A stretch of DNA of 64,000 nt from positions 8,547 through 72,546 of the forward strand of contig JAISEM010000023.1 in assembly GCA_031264105.1 (NCBI GenBank), read 5' to 3'. Of the stretch, positions 40,030-49,936 are shown piece after piece. The DNA comes from Endomicrobium sp. Lineage in GTDB: Bacteria; Elusimicrobiota; Endomicrobiia; Endomicrobiales; Endomicrobiaceae. How positions within the stretch are numbered: the stretch's first letter is position 1; each line of letters begins with the position of its first letter. Position numbers and translations under genes: made by a program. The notes beneath the pieces are model-generated. The model had not been told where the DNA came from and ran no database searches. It saw nothing but the letters and a program-made list of their open reading frames with translations.

Positions 40030-41043
40030 TTATAAGTTTTCACATTTTGTTAGATCTATTTCTTGCAAGGCTTTAATCCTTTTTTCAATTGGTGGATGTG
40101 TTGCAAGTAGTCCTGAAACTTTTGCAAAAAACGAGAATTGTTTGTTTTTTGCTAATGGGTTAGCAATGCACATTGGCGACATTGTTTGCTTGTCACTAAT
40201 ATTTTTAACCATAGAATGTCCAGATATTTTTTGTAATGCTCCAATTAACCCTTGAGGGTTTCTAGTTATCAAAGCTGCTGTAGCATCAGCTTGATATTCC
40301 CTTGTTCTTGACACGGCAAGCTTTATAAGAGGGGCTGCCAAATATCCATATATATAAAGAGCTATGGCTAAAACAAACAAAAGTATCTGTATTGCATTAG
40401 TATTGTTTTTAGAATTTCTAGAAGATCTTGTTATAAGTGCGGTACGCAACAATATTTCTGCAATAACAGTTGCAAAGCTTATACATAGAACCATTATAAG
40501 CGTTAAACAAATGTCTCTGTTGCCAATATGCGCCATTTCATGAGCAATCACACCTTCAAGTTCAGGTTTTTCTAGGTAGTTTATAATACCTTTTGTTAAA
40601 ACTACATAAGAATGCTTTGGGTCCCTTCCCGTAGCAAATGCATTAAGTCCTTCGTCATTTATAGAGTAAACTTTAGGCATTGGTAGACCCGCTGCTATGG
40701 CAGTATTTTCAACAATTCTTACAACTTCTGGAGCATTTTGTTTTGTAAGTTCAGCAGCGCCGGCTGCAGATAAAATAAAAGATTGACCTGAATAATAACT
40801 TATCAAAATCCACGAAATTGCGAGGATAGAAATTATTGGAATAATATAAATAGCAATCTCGTTAGCAACTGCAAAAGTTGAAAGATTATAAGCAGCCATG
40901 CTTGTGTCTGAGACTTTTATAAAACTTATAAACAGTAAAGATAAATAAACTAATCCTGCAAGTGTTAACGGGAACAACGCCATAAGTAGAGCAGTTTTTC
41001 TTGCGTTTGATTCTATAAAGTCGTATGTAGTAATTTTTGCCAT
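40030..41043 (-). CDS. htpX: M48 zinc metalloprotease HtpX
   Basis: NAFATGRDP, GVIAHEMAH, SRTREYQADA, THPPIEKRI. Confidence 0.93.
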   Translation of the reverse strand: MAKITTYDFIESNARKTALLMALFPLTLAGLVYLSLLFISFIKVSDTSMAAYNLSTFAVANEIAIYIIPIISILAISWILISYYSGQSFILSAAGAAELTKQNAPEVVRIVENTAIAAGLPMPKVYSINDEGLNAFATGRDPKHSYVVLTKGIINYLEKPELEGVIAHEMAHIGNRDICLTLIMVLCISFATVIAEILLRTALITRSSRNSKNNTNAIQILLFVLAIALYIYGYLAAPLIKLAVSRTREYQADATAALITRNPQGLIGALQKISGHSMVKNISDKQTMSPMCIANPLAKNKQFSFFAKVSGLLATHPPIEKRIKALQEIDLTKCENL

Positions 41044-41053
41044 AATCAATTAA

Positions 41054-41620
41054 CTAAAAAGAAACTTTAACGGGTTGTCTAGCTTCTTGTTCATTGTCTG
41101 TAAGTTTAAAAAATTCTTGTTTTGTAAATCCAAAAGTACTGCCTATTACGTTACTTGGAAACATCTCAAGTTTTGTGTTTAAAGCCAAAATGTTTGAATT
41201 ATAAAATCTGCGACTTGATTGTATTTTATTTTCAGTATCAATGAGCTCCCTTTGAAGTTCTAAAAAATTTTGATTTGCTTTCAAGTTCGGATAATTTTCG
41301 GACAATGCAAAAAGAGATTTTAATGTTCCAGACAAAGCATTTTCAGCTTGTGCTTTACTTGACATGTTGCCTGTTGCTTGCATAGCAGTATTTCTTGCTT
41401 TTAGTACAGCATCTAAAGTAGTTTTTTCATGCGTAGCATAGCCCTTAACGGTTTCTACAAGATTTGGGATTAAATCATATCTACGTTTCATCTGTACTTC
41501 TATGTCGCTCCAAGCTTCTTTTACTCTATTTTTAAATGTTACCAATCTATTGTAAGTCGCAAGGATATAAATTCCGATAAGAACAATCAAAACGATAATA
41601 ACCAAAAGTGTTGTATGCAT
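41054..41620 (-). CDS. lemA: LemA family protein
   Basis: YNRLV..AWSDIEVQMKRRYDLIPNLV, ENYPNLKANQNF, RRFYN. Confidence 0.95.
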   Translation of the reverse strand: MHTTLLVIIVLIVLIGIYILATYNRLVTFKNRVKEAWSDIEVQMKRRYDLIPNLVETVKGYATHEKTTLDAVLKARNTAMQATGNMSSKAQAENALSGTLKSLFALSENYPNLKANQNFLELQRELIDTENKIQSSRRFYNSNILALNTKLEMFPSNVIGSTFGFTKQEFFKLTDNEQEARQPVKVSF

Positions 41621-41636
41621 CTTTTTATCTCTCCAA

Positions 41637-43622
41637 TTATTTTTGATTTATGTACATATCTGATGTAGATATTGTATTTTTGTAGTATTTTACCATAAAT
41701 TTATGTTCTTCAGTTGCTTCTTCCATGGAAAGCATTTTTGATTTTGAATCAAAATTAAAATATATAAGTTCACCATTTTCTATATTACAAGATACAGCTT
41801 TATCTGCGGACAATATAAAACCATTGCTATTGAAAGCTATATGCTTTTTATCTTTATCTAATATGCTTGTTCCTGCAGCGGTATATTCTACTTCCGAGAG
41901 CGACAAATCATAAAGCGTTGGCCCTATGTCCATGTGGCAAGCCGTTGTATTTGAGTCTATTTCTTTCTTTAGTTTATATGGAATGTACATATACATAGGA
42001 ACTGCATACCTTTTAAAAAGTTCTTCTTTCACCAAAGCACGTGTCTCTCTAAGATTATGGTCGCCTGTTATAACAACTATTGTATTGTTTCTAAGTTCAG
42101 AGTTTTTTATAATGTCAAGGAATTTTGCAGCTTCTCTATTAGCGAATTGATAAGTTTCAAAAAGCTTTCTAAGATATTTTGCTTTTTCTCCAGGCATCAT
42201 GTGTTCAATGTCTTTTGGTATTTCAAGATTTAAAGGTTTATAGTATGGCGGTACTTCATAAGGAGGGTGCGTCGCTGTAGACATAGCATAAATAAATTTA
42301 GGTTTATTATTGTTCTTGAGTTCCCTTAAAACGATTTCAAAAAATTGCGCATCATTAATTCCCCACTCATGACGATATTCATTTTTTATAGAACCTTCTC
42401 CATATATTTCGTCAAATCCTTGTGTTTTTAAAAAACCTCCAATTCCTCTCCAAGCAAGACTTCCGCCATATACAGCTTTTGTAATATAGTTAGATTTTTT
42501 ATATGGCACAGCTAAAGAGCTTGAGAATTTTGTATAAGCTTTGGGGCTTTGTGTTACTTGAAGAGAGAAAGGTCTTTGTGGCATATTTAGAATAGTTGAT
42601 TCCAAACAATGTATCGTTATTACTCCAGATGGCAAAAAATTATAAAGCACTGTGTCTTCGTCAAAATGCTTTTTTAGTTCGCCTAAAACATTAAAGTTTT
42701 CACTGTTATACAAAACAGGAAGTTCTCCAAAACTTTCTAGAACAATAAAAATTACATTTGGCTTTATCTCTTCAGCCACAGCATTTTTTATAGATTTCTT
42801 ATTAAATATTGATATGTCAAGTTTGCTTTCATCTACATCAATCTTTTTTGCGATATTTACTTCATCGCTGCTTTGCTCAATTTTTGCTTGAATAGCGTCT
42901 GAAAGAGAATGTGTTGCTGTTAATGCTGTGTCATTTATAAATGAATTTGTTGATATTTGTGCGTGAAATTTTCCTAAAGGAAACATCGAAATAGTTCCTC
43001 TTGCAAACATAAATGTTATAAGAGGTATTAAAATAACGATAAATGCTTTAACAAAGATATTAAAGTAATAAGAGTTTATAAGACGGCGCATATTAAGAAG
43101 TTTTTTTGTAGTTATAGAAACAATCTTGCATATCACAGTGCAAATCAAAATCAATACAGGTAAAAGTATATAAAAACGCCAATCTGAGACAATTGTTTTT
43201 ATCAAAGCAAATGTATCGTCGTCAAAAAAATCAAATAACAATATGTTTATATGTTCCCCAAAACAGACATAAAAACCAAAATCAACAGCAGTAACTAAAG
43301 CAATTGCCGCAAATGCGATACAATACCAAAATTTTATAAAAGATAGCACACTTTTAAAGACTTTTAAATTTTTTATCAAAAGCAAAGCAGTAAATATTAG
43401 TATTACAATTGAATTTACATATGCAAGCACGGCTAAATCGAGCCGAAAGCCAAGAATAAAAGCTCTAACTATTTCTGTAAAATTCCCAAACAATGAAATA
43501 TTTTTAAAGTAAAAAAGGAAAAATATCCTATATAAAGTCATTGCTACAATTGCAGTTATATTTAGCGGTATTATTTTAAGTAAACAGTTAATATAATTTT
43601 CAAAATTATAACTTTTAGACAT
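41637..43622 (-). CDS. LTA synthase family (alkaline phosphatase superfamily) membrane transferase
   Basis: N-terminal TMs (GFRLDL), PNVIFIVLESF, WGIND, THPPY, TGDH. Confidence 0.9.
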   Translation of the reverse strand: MSKSYNFENYINCLLKIIPLNITAIVAMTLYRIFFLFYFKNISLFGNFTEIVRAFILGFRLDLAVLAYVNSIVILIFTALLLIKNLKVFKSVLSFIKFWYCIAFAAIALVTAVDFGFYVCFGEHINILLFDFFDDDTFALIKTIVSDWRFYILLPVLILICTVICKIVSITTKKLLNMRRLINSYYFNIFVKAFIVILIPLITFMFARGTISMFPLGKFHAQISTNSFINDTALTATHSLSDAIQAKIEQSSDEVNIAKKIDVDESKLDISIFNKKSIKNAVAEEIKPNVIFIVLESFGELPVLYNSENFNVLGELKKHFDEDTVLYNFLPSGVITIHCLESTILNMPQRPFSLQVTQSPKAYTKFSSSLAVPYKKSNYITKAVYGGSLAWRGIGGFLKTQGFDEIYGEGSIKNEYRHEWGINDAQFFEIVLRELKNNNKPKFIYAMSTATHPPYEVPPYYKPLNLEIPKDIEHMMPGEKAKYLRKLFETYQFANREAAKFLDIIKNSELRNNTIVVITGDHNLRETRALVKEELFKRYAVPMYMYIPYKLKKEIDSNTTACHMDIGPTLYDLSLSEVEYTAAGTSILDKDKKHIAFNSNGFILSADKAVSCNIENGELIYFNFDSKSKMLSMEEATEEHKFMVKYYKNTISTSDMYINQK

Positions 43623-43707
43623 TATATATTTCCTTTTTTATTAAGTATATCATATTACCTAACTCATAGAGTAGTGCCCGTATACAGTAATTCATAAATT
43701 GCCGTAA

Positions 43708-43766
43708 TTGCTTTCAAAATAGGCTTTTGTTATAATGCAAAAATGCAACTCAATGCATTTTTGCAT
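43708..43766 (+). promoter_or_regulatory. sigma70 promoter with overlapping palindromic operator-like site
   Basis: TTGCTT, 17-bp spacer, TATAAT (43731-43736); ATGCAAAAATGCA-actcaa-TGCATTTTTGCAT (43735-43766). Confidence 0.7.
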
Positions 43767-43780
43767 AACAGGAGGTTTGA

Positions 43781-44989
43781 ATGTATAAAGAAAGAACTCT
43801 AAGACAGGCAGTCTTAAACGCTTCAAAAAGCTTTAAAATTGTTCTTATTACAGGAATGCGTCAAGTAGGTAAAACCACATTTTTAAAGCATATAGATCAA
43901 GATGATAGGCAATATGTAACATTAGACAATCCTAAAGATTTATTGCTTGCAAAGGACGAAACGGAGCTGTTTTTACAAACATATAAACCGCCAATTTTTA
44001 TTGACGAAATTCAATATGCTCCAGAAGTATTTAAGTACATAAAGATGCATGTTGATAGGTCTCAAAAGAAGGGTGGTATTTGGATGACCGGATCACAACA
44101 GTACTCTCTCATGAAGGGTGTTACCGAGAGTTTGGCAGGAAGGATAGCAATAATAAATTTGTTTGGTTTTTCTATATACGAGCGTGAAAATAAAGGTGAA
44201 TTACAGAAACCTTTTATTCCTTGGGTTTCTCCAAGACCTTTATTGAAAAGAAAAGATTTAAGCGAAACCTATAAAATTATTTGGAAAGGTTCTTTTCCGG
44301 AAATAGCAGATTCTTCAGAGAACAATTGGTCACTTTTTTATTCATCTTATGTAAAATCATATATAGAAAGAGATGTTAAACAAATTACAAAAGTTGAAAA
44401 TGAACTGTCATTTATGAAATTTCTAAGCGTTGTTGCTGCAAGGACAGGGCAAGAATTAAATATTTCTGATATAGCAAAAGACGTAGAAGTTTCGCCAAAT
44501 ACAATAAAAGGTTGGATTTCAATTTTGGAAACTTCCGGAATAATATATCTTTTAAAACCATATTTTAAAAATATAACAAAGAGATTTGTCAAAAGACCTA
44601 AGCTTTATTTTCTAGATACAGGATTATGTGCTTATTTATCGTCATGGAATACTTGGAAAAATTTAGAGAGTGGAGCAATGAGCGGCAATTTTTTTGAAAC
44701 ATTTGTTATATCTGAAATAATAAAATCGTATCATCATAATGGACAGTTCCCATTGCTGTACTATTACAGAGACTCAAACCAAAACGAAATTGATTTGCTT
44801 ATAGAAGCAAACGATAAATTTCATCCAATAGAAATTAAAAAAACTGCCAATCCAACCAAAAATGATATAAAGTCTTTTGAAATTCTTTCTTCAATAGAAA
44901 ATGTTGGATATGGCTCGCTCATTTGTTTTACAGATAAAGCCCGTCCATTGACGAAAAACGTTAATGCAATTTCAATCTGGGATATTTGA
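43781..44989 (+). CDS. AAA_14 ATPase with DUF4143 C-terminal domain
   Basis: GMRQVGKT, IDEIQ, TGSQ, ESLAGR, KLYFLDTG, EIDLLIE..PIEIK. Confidence 0.93.
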   Translation: MYKERTLRQAVLNASKSFKIVLITGMRQVGKTTFLKHIDQDDRQYVTLDNPKDLLLAKDETELFLQTYKPPIFIDEIQYAPEVFKYIKMHVDRSQKKGGIWMTGSQQYSLMKGVTESLAGRIAIINLFGFSIYERENKGELQKPFIPWVSPRPLLKRKDLSETYKIIWKGSFPEIADSSENNWSLFYSSYVKSYIERDVKQITKVENELSFMKFLSVVAARTGQELNISDIAKDVEVSPNTIKGWISILETSGIIYLLKPYFKNITKRFVKRPKLYFLDTGLCAYLSSWNTWKNLESGAMSGNFFETFVISEIIKSYHHNGQFPLLYYYRDSNQNEIDLLIEANDKFHPIEIKKTANPTKNDIKSFEILSSIENVGYGSLICFTDKARPLTKNVNAISIWDI

Positions 44990-45072
44990 TAAGCAGACAC
45001 TTCTCTAAATTTATCCTCCCCGATATGTCAATATTTCATATATTTGTTTTTCATTGATATATCATAGCTTTT

Positions 45073-45270
45073 TTGGATAGAACATCAATCTATTCTAGTC
45101 TTGAACCTTCAACAATAAGATACTATTTAAGAATTGGCAAAATAAAAGCTATTGCTAAAACAGGCGGAGATTATATGCTTTTTTCAAAAGAGCAAGTAAA
45201 AGAGATAAAAAAAATCATAAATAGCTTAATTATCAGTCTTTTAACCTTTTTTATAAATCAAAAAAAATGA
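45073..45270 (+). pseudogene. MerR-type HTH fragment
   Basis: LEPSTIRYYLRIGKIKAIAKTGGDYMLFSKEQVKEIKKI resembles MerR wHTH; first helix and a clear start are lacking. Confidence 0.55.
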
Positions 45271-45326
45271 GAAATTGCTACAAAAATTGTATAATTTTTA
45301 ATATAAAATCGTAAGAGGGAATTGAA

Positions 45327-46211
45327 ATGAGCAATCAAGAAGAATCTATAAACCTTCCTTTGGTACATAAAGGAAAGGTTAGAAATGTTTATGACTTAGG
45401 TCAAAGCTATCTTATACTAGCTTCTGACAGAATTTCGGCGTTTGACTATGTTCTTCCTACGCTTATCCCAAATAAAGGCAAAGTTTTGCACAAACTTTCA
45501 ATGTTTTGGTTTGATTTTGTTCAAGGTATAGTTCCAAACCACATTATTACCGGAGATTTTAACACGTTTCCTATCGGACTTAAAAAGTATGAATATCTTC
45601 GCGACAGATCAATGATAGTTAAGAAAGCAAACAGAGTTGATATTGAATGTATTGTCAGAGGTTATTTGGCTGGCTCGTGGTGGAAAGAGTATCAGAAAGT
45701 ACAGACAGTTTGTGGCATAAAACTTCCAGAAGGGCTAAAAGAATCTTCTAAACTTCCAGAACCTATCTTTACTCCTTCAAGCAAAGAAGAAGGCGGCAAG
45801 CATGACGAGAACATTTCTTTTGAAGAAACGGTAAGAATAGTTGGGAAAGATACTGCAGAAAGATTAAAGAAGACCTCAATAGAGCTTTACAAAAAAGTTA
45901 GTACTTATGCATTGTCAAAAGGCATAATACTTGCGGATACAAAATTAGAATTTGGTTTTTATGACAACAATTTAATATTGATAGACGAAATTTTTACCCC
46001 GGATTCTTCAAGATTTTGGGAAGTAAACAAATATGAGGAAGGCAAACCTCAAGACAGCTTAGACAAACAATACATAAGAGATTATCTTGAAAGTATAAAC
46101 TGGGATAAATCTTCGCCTGCACCTGTTCTTCCAAAAGATGTTCTTGAAAAAACTATGGGAAAATATGTCGGCGCTTATGAAAAATTGACTGGAGAAATTT
46201 TTAATGTTTGA
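45327..46211 (+). CDS. purC: SAICAR synthetase
   Basis: GKVRNVY, SDRISAFD, ECIVRGY, ADTKLEFG, DEIFTPDSSRFW. Confidence 0.96.
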   Translation: MSNQEESINLPLVHKGKVRNVYDLGQSYLILASDRISAFDYVLPTLIPNKGKVLHKLSMFWFDFVQGIVPNHIITGDFNTFPIGLKKYEYLRDRSMIVKKANRVDIECIVRGYLAGSWWKEYQKVQTVCGIKLPEGLKESSKLPEPIFTPSSKEEGGKHDENISFEETVRIVGKDTAERLKKTSIELYKKVSTYALSKGIILADTKLEFGFYDNNLILIDEIFTPDSSRFWEVNKYEEGKPQDSLDKQYIRDYLESINWDKSSPAPVLPKDVLEKTMGKYVGAYEKLTGEIFNV

Positions 46212-46659
46212 GATAGAGATTTTTACAAAAGAAGGATTTAAAGATTCCCGCGGCGAGCATGTATTGTCTGAAATTTCAGGACTTGAAATCAAAGAAATTA
46301 CAAAAGTTGACTATGCTCCCGTCTATATTATTGACGCAGATATAAATAAAACTGAAGCCAAAACTATAGCTTCAGAACTGCTCATCGATAAAATAACTGA
46401 AAAGTTTGAAATTAGTTCAAATTCAGGTTCTAGGAAGTCTAAGAATTCTGTTATAGAAGTTTTGTATAAAAAAGGTGTTACGGATACTGTTTCTGAGAGC
46501 GTTATAAAAGCTATAAAAGATTTAGGAATTACTAAAGAAGTCAAAGTTAAAGCTGGGCATAAATATTACTTACACGGAAATATTTCAAAAACCGCTTTAG
46601 ATAAAATAGCTATAAAATTATTAGCCAACACGTTAGTCCAAGAGTATAAAATAAAATGA
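46204..46659 (+). CDS. purS: FGAM synthase subunit PurS (tandem-domain form)
   Basis: Two PurS-like halves (KEGFKDSRG..LLIDKITE; KKGVTDTV..LLANTLVQEY); precedes purL. Confidence 0.8.
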   Translation: MFEIEIFTKEGFKDSRGEHVLSEISGLEIKEITKVDYAPVYIIDADINKTEAKTIASELLIDKITEKFEISSNSGSRKSKNSVIEVLYKKGVTDTVSESVIKAIKDLGITKEVKVKAGHKYYLHGNISKTALDKIAIKLLANTLVQEYKIK

Positions 46660-49067
46660 AAGCTACAACAAATTGTAAAACTATAGAAATTTTAAATTTG
46701 TCAGATAAACAATTGACAAATCTTAGCGCAAGAAATGTACTTTCTTTGTCACTTGTAGAGATGAAAGCGGTACAAGATTATTTTAGGAAGTTAAATAGAA
46801 ATCCAACCGATGTAGAAATAGAAACTATAGCTCAGACGTGGAGCGAACACTGCAAGCATAAAACGCTTACTGGAATAATAAAGTATACAGAAAAAAAAGG
46901 CACTAAAAAGACAAAAAGAACTTACAACAATTTGTTAAAAGAAACTGTTTTTAAAGCTACTGTGGAATTAAATAAAAAATGGTGTTTGTCTGTATTTAAA
47001 GACAATGCTGGCATAATAGAATTTGACGCAAAGAATGGCGTAGCTTTTAAAGTGGAGACACATAATCATCCGTCAGCTCTTGAACCATACGGAGGTTCTG
47101 CTACAGGTATTGGCGGTGTTATAAGAGATATTTTAGGTGTTGGGCTTGGCGCAAAACCTTTGGCAAATACAGATGTGTTTTGTTTTGGAAACCCTGAGAC
47201 AAAAGATTCTCAAGTGCCTGAAGGTATGCACCATCCAAAGAGAATAGCAAAAGGCGTAGTTTCAGGAGTAAGGGATTACGGAAATAGAATGGGAATTCCT
47301 ACGGTAAATGGAGCTGTTTACTTTGACGAAGGATACATGGCAAACCCTCTTGTTTATTGCGGAACGATGGGAATAATTCCTAAAAGCAAAATTAATAAAA
47401 AAGTTAACTCAGGTGATTTGATTTTAGTTGTCGGTGGAAGAACTGGCAGAGATGGAATACACGGAGCAACATTTTCTTCTATGCATCTTGGCAAAGAATC
47501 TGATGTCAGCGCAGTTCAGATAGGAAACCCAATAGTTGAAAAGAAAGTTTTAGATACAATGCTTAAAGCTAGAGATTTAAATCTTTATAGAGCTGTTACA
47601 GATTGTGGCGCAGGCGGGCTATCTAGCGCTATAGGCGAACTTGGAGAGAAAACAGGAGCGCTTGTTTATTTAGACGCAGTGCCTTTAAAATATGACGGAC
47701 TTGTACCTTGGGAAATATGGATTTCTGAAGCTCAAGAAAGAATGGTGTTTGCTGTACCTCCGAAAAATAAGAAGAGAATAGTAGAACTGTTTAATAAAGG
47801 AAATGTTGAAGCGGTATTTGTCGGGGAATTTACAAAAGATAAAAAGTTGACATTGAAATATGACGGCGATATTGTAGCAAGTATGGATATGTTTTTCTTA
47901 CATGAGGGTATTCCAAAACCTATAAGACCTGCTGTTTACAAAATAAAAGAAGAAAATGTTCAAAAACCAATTAAGATGAATTCAGCTTCTCTTTTAAAAG
48001 CTTTGAAAGATGCTCTTGCAGATTTAAATGTTTGTTCAAAAGAATGGATTATAAGGCAGTATGACCATGAAGTTCAGGGACAGACAATTGTAAAACCTTT
48101 GCAAGGCAATAGCATAGAAGTTTCAGGACCAGGCGACGCAGCCGTTATATTCCCTTATACTGTAGTAAAGGGAACTAAAAAAGGTATTGTTTTGTCTAAT
48201 GGATTAAACCCACAATATGGAAAAATAAATACATATAAAATGGCAGCAAACGCTATAGAAGAATCTTTAAGGAATGCTGTGGCTGTTGGCGCTAATATTG
48301 AAAAGATGTCTGTTCTTGATAATTTTTGTTGGGGTAATCCTAACAAACCTGAAATTTTAGGAAGTTTAGTAAGAGCTGCAAATGCTTGTTATGACATGTC
48401 AAAAGCTTTTGGCATTCCTTTTATCTCTGGCAAAGACAGCTTGCATAATGAATATTCTATCGACGGGGAAAAATACTCTATTCCTCCAGCGCTTTTAATA
48501 TCTGCCATGGGAGTTATAGAAAACGCAGTAAATACTGTTACCATGCCGCTCAAAAATGAAGGAAATAAAATATTTGTCCTTGGTATTACAAGAAATGAAC
48601 TAGGATGTTCTGTTCTTGCAAAGATAAAAAATGTTAAAGGCGGGGTTGTTCCGGAAGTTTATCCAAAAGAATCAAAAGAAATAATGAAGAGAATTTATAA
48701 AGCTATAAACAGCAAATTAGTGGAATCTTGCCACGATTGTTCTGAAGGCGGTCTTGCTGTTGCAATAAGCGAAATGGCCTTTGCTGGTGATAAAGGCGTA
48801 AAAATTGATATAGATGTAATTAAGACTAAAGGTGAATTGACTGTTGCTGAAATACTATTTTCTGAATCAAACGGCAGATTTGTTGTTGAAGTAAATCCTG
48901 AAAACAAGTTTAAGTTTAAAGATATTTTTAAAGATTGTATTTTTGCTGAAATTGGCTGTGTAAGAGAAGACAAAAATGTAGCTTTTGAAAGCGTAAAAAA
49001 TAAGGTAGAAGTGAAAGAAAAGTCAGAGAATCTTTTAAATGCTTGGCGCAACACAATAACTTGGTAA
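46656..49067 (+). CDS. purL: FGAM synthase subunit PurL
   Basis: WSEHCKHK, KVETHNHPSA, DCGAGG, SEAQERM, ISGKDS, HDCSEGG. Confidence 0.97.
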   Translation: MKATTNCKTIEILNLSDKQLTNLSARNVLSLSLVEMKAVQDYFRKLNRNPTDVEIETIAQTWSEHCKHKTLTGIIKYTEKKGTKKTKRTYNNLLKETVFKATVELNKKWCLSVFKDNAGIIEFDAKNGVAFKVETHNHPSALEPYGGSATGIGGVIRDILGVGLGAKPLANTDVFCFGNPETKDSQVPEGMHHPKRIAKGVVSGVRDYGNRMGIPTVNGAVYFDEGYMANPLVYCGTMGIIPKSKINKKVNSGDLILVVGGRTGRDGIHGATFSSMHLGKESDVSAVQIGNPIVEKKVLDTMLKARDLNLYRAVTDCGAGGLSSAIGELGEKTGALVYLDAVPLKYDGLVPWEIWISEAQERMVFAVPPKNKKRIVELFNKGNVEAVFVGEFTKDKKLTLKYDGDIVASMDMFFLHEGIPKPIRPAVYKIKEENVQKPIKMNSASLLKALKDALADLNVCSKEWIIRQYDHEVQGQTIVKPLQGNSIEVSGPGDAAVIFPYTVVKGTKKGIVLSNGLNPQYGKINTYKMAANAIEESLRNAVAVGANIEKMSVLDNFCWGNPNKPEILGSLVRAANACYDMSKAFGIPFISGKDSLHNEYSIDGEKYSIPPALLISAMGVIENAVNTVTMPLKNEGNKIFVLGITRNELGCSVLAKIKNVKGGVVPEVYPKESKEIMKRIYKAINSKLVESCHDCSEGGLAVAISEMAFAGDKGVKIDIDVIKTKGELTVAEILFSESNGRFVVEVNPENKFKFKDIFKDCIFAEIGCVREDKNVAFESVKNKVEVKEKSENLLNAWRNTITW

Positions 49068-49085
49068 ATAAGATAGGGATAATAT

Positions 49086-49871
49086 ATGAAAAAAGTAAAA
49101 GCGTTGATTTTAAAAACTGCAGGCATAAATTGTGACTATGAAACACAAACCGCTTTTGAATTGTGTGGAGCTGCAGCGGATGTAGTACACGTAAATTCTT
49201 TAGTAGAGAAGAAAGATAAAATTTTTGAGTACGATATTTTGGCTTTTCCTGGAGGATTCTCTTACGGCGACGATATAGCTTCAGGAAAAATACTGGCTAA
49301 CGAAATTAAAAATAAGCTTGGCGATAAAGTAAAAAAGTTTTCCCTAAGTGGTAAGCCTGTTATCGGCATATGTAACGGATTTCAAGTTTTGGTTAAAATG
49401 GGATTACTTCCAGATCCCGAACTTTTTGAACAAATTTCAACGCTTTCCTATAATGATTCAGATAAATTTGAATGTCGCTGGACATATTTAAAAACAGAAA
49501 AAAAAGTTAGAAATGAGTCTAGTTGCATTTGGACAAAAAACCTTCCTGACGTAATAACACTCCCTGTAGCTCACGGCGAGGGGAAATTCATTTCTGTAAA
49601 TGACAAGCTTTTAGAAGAATTAAATAAAAACAATCAGATTGTATTTAGATATTCAACTAAAGACGGTAAAATTCCGAAGTATCCTTTAACGCCAAACGGT
49701 TCAGTTGAACAGATTGCTGGAATTTGTAATACAAAAGGAAATGTTTTTGGTCTTATGCCTCATCCTGAGAGACATGTGCTTGCTCTTCAACACCCAGCAA
49801 GAGAGGGCTTTGACGGCGAACATGGCTGGGGGAAAATAATATTTCAGAATGCCGTCGATTTCGTGAAATAG
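49086..49871 (+). CDS. purQ: FGAM synthase subunit PurQ
   Basis: PGGFSYGD, GICNGFQ, AHGEG, MPHPER. Confidence 0.96.
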   Translation: MKKVKALILKTAGINCDYETQTAFELCGAAADVVHVNSLVEKKDKIFEYDILAFPGGFSYGDDIASGKILANEIKNKLGDKVKKFSLSGKPVIGICNGFQVLVKMGLLPDPELFEQISTLSYNDSDKFECRWTYLKTEKKVRNESSCIWTKNLPDVITLPVAHGEGKFISVNDKLLEELNKNNQIVFRYSTKDGKIPKYPLTPNGSVEQIAGICNTKGNVFGLMPHPERHVLALQHPAREGFDGEHGWGKIIFQNAVDFVK

Positions 49872-49936
49872 CAATCATCTATTTTGATATTAATTATTAT
49901 ACCGCGAAAGCGGGAGTCTAATTTTATAGGACTATT

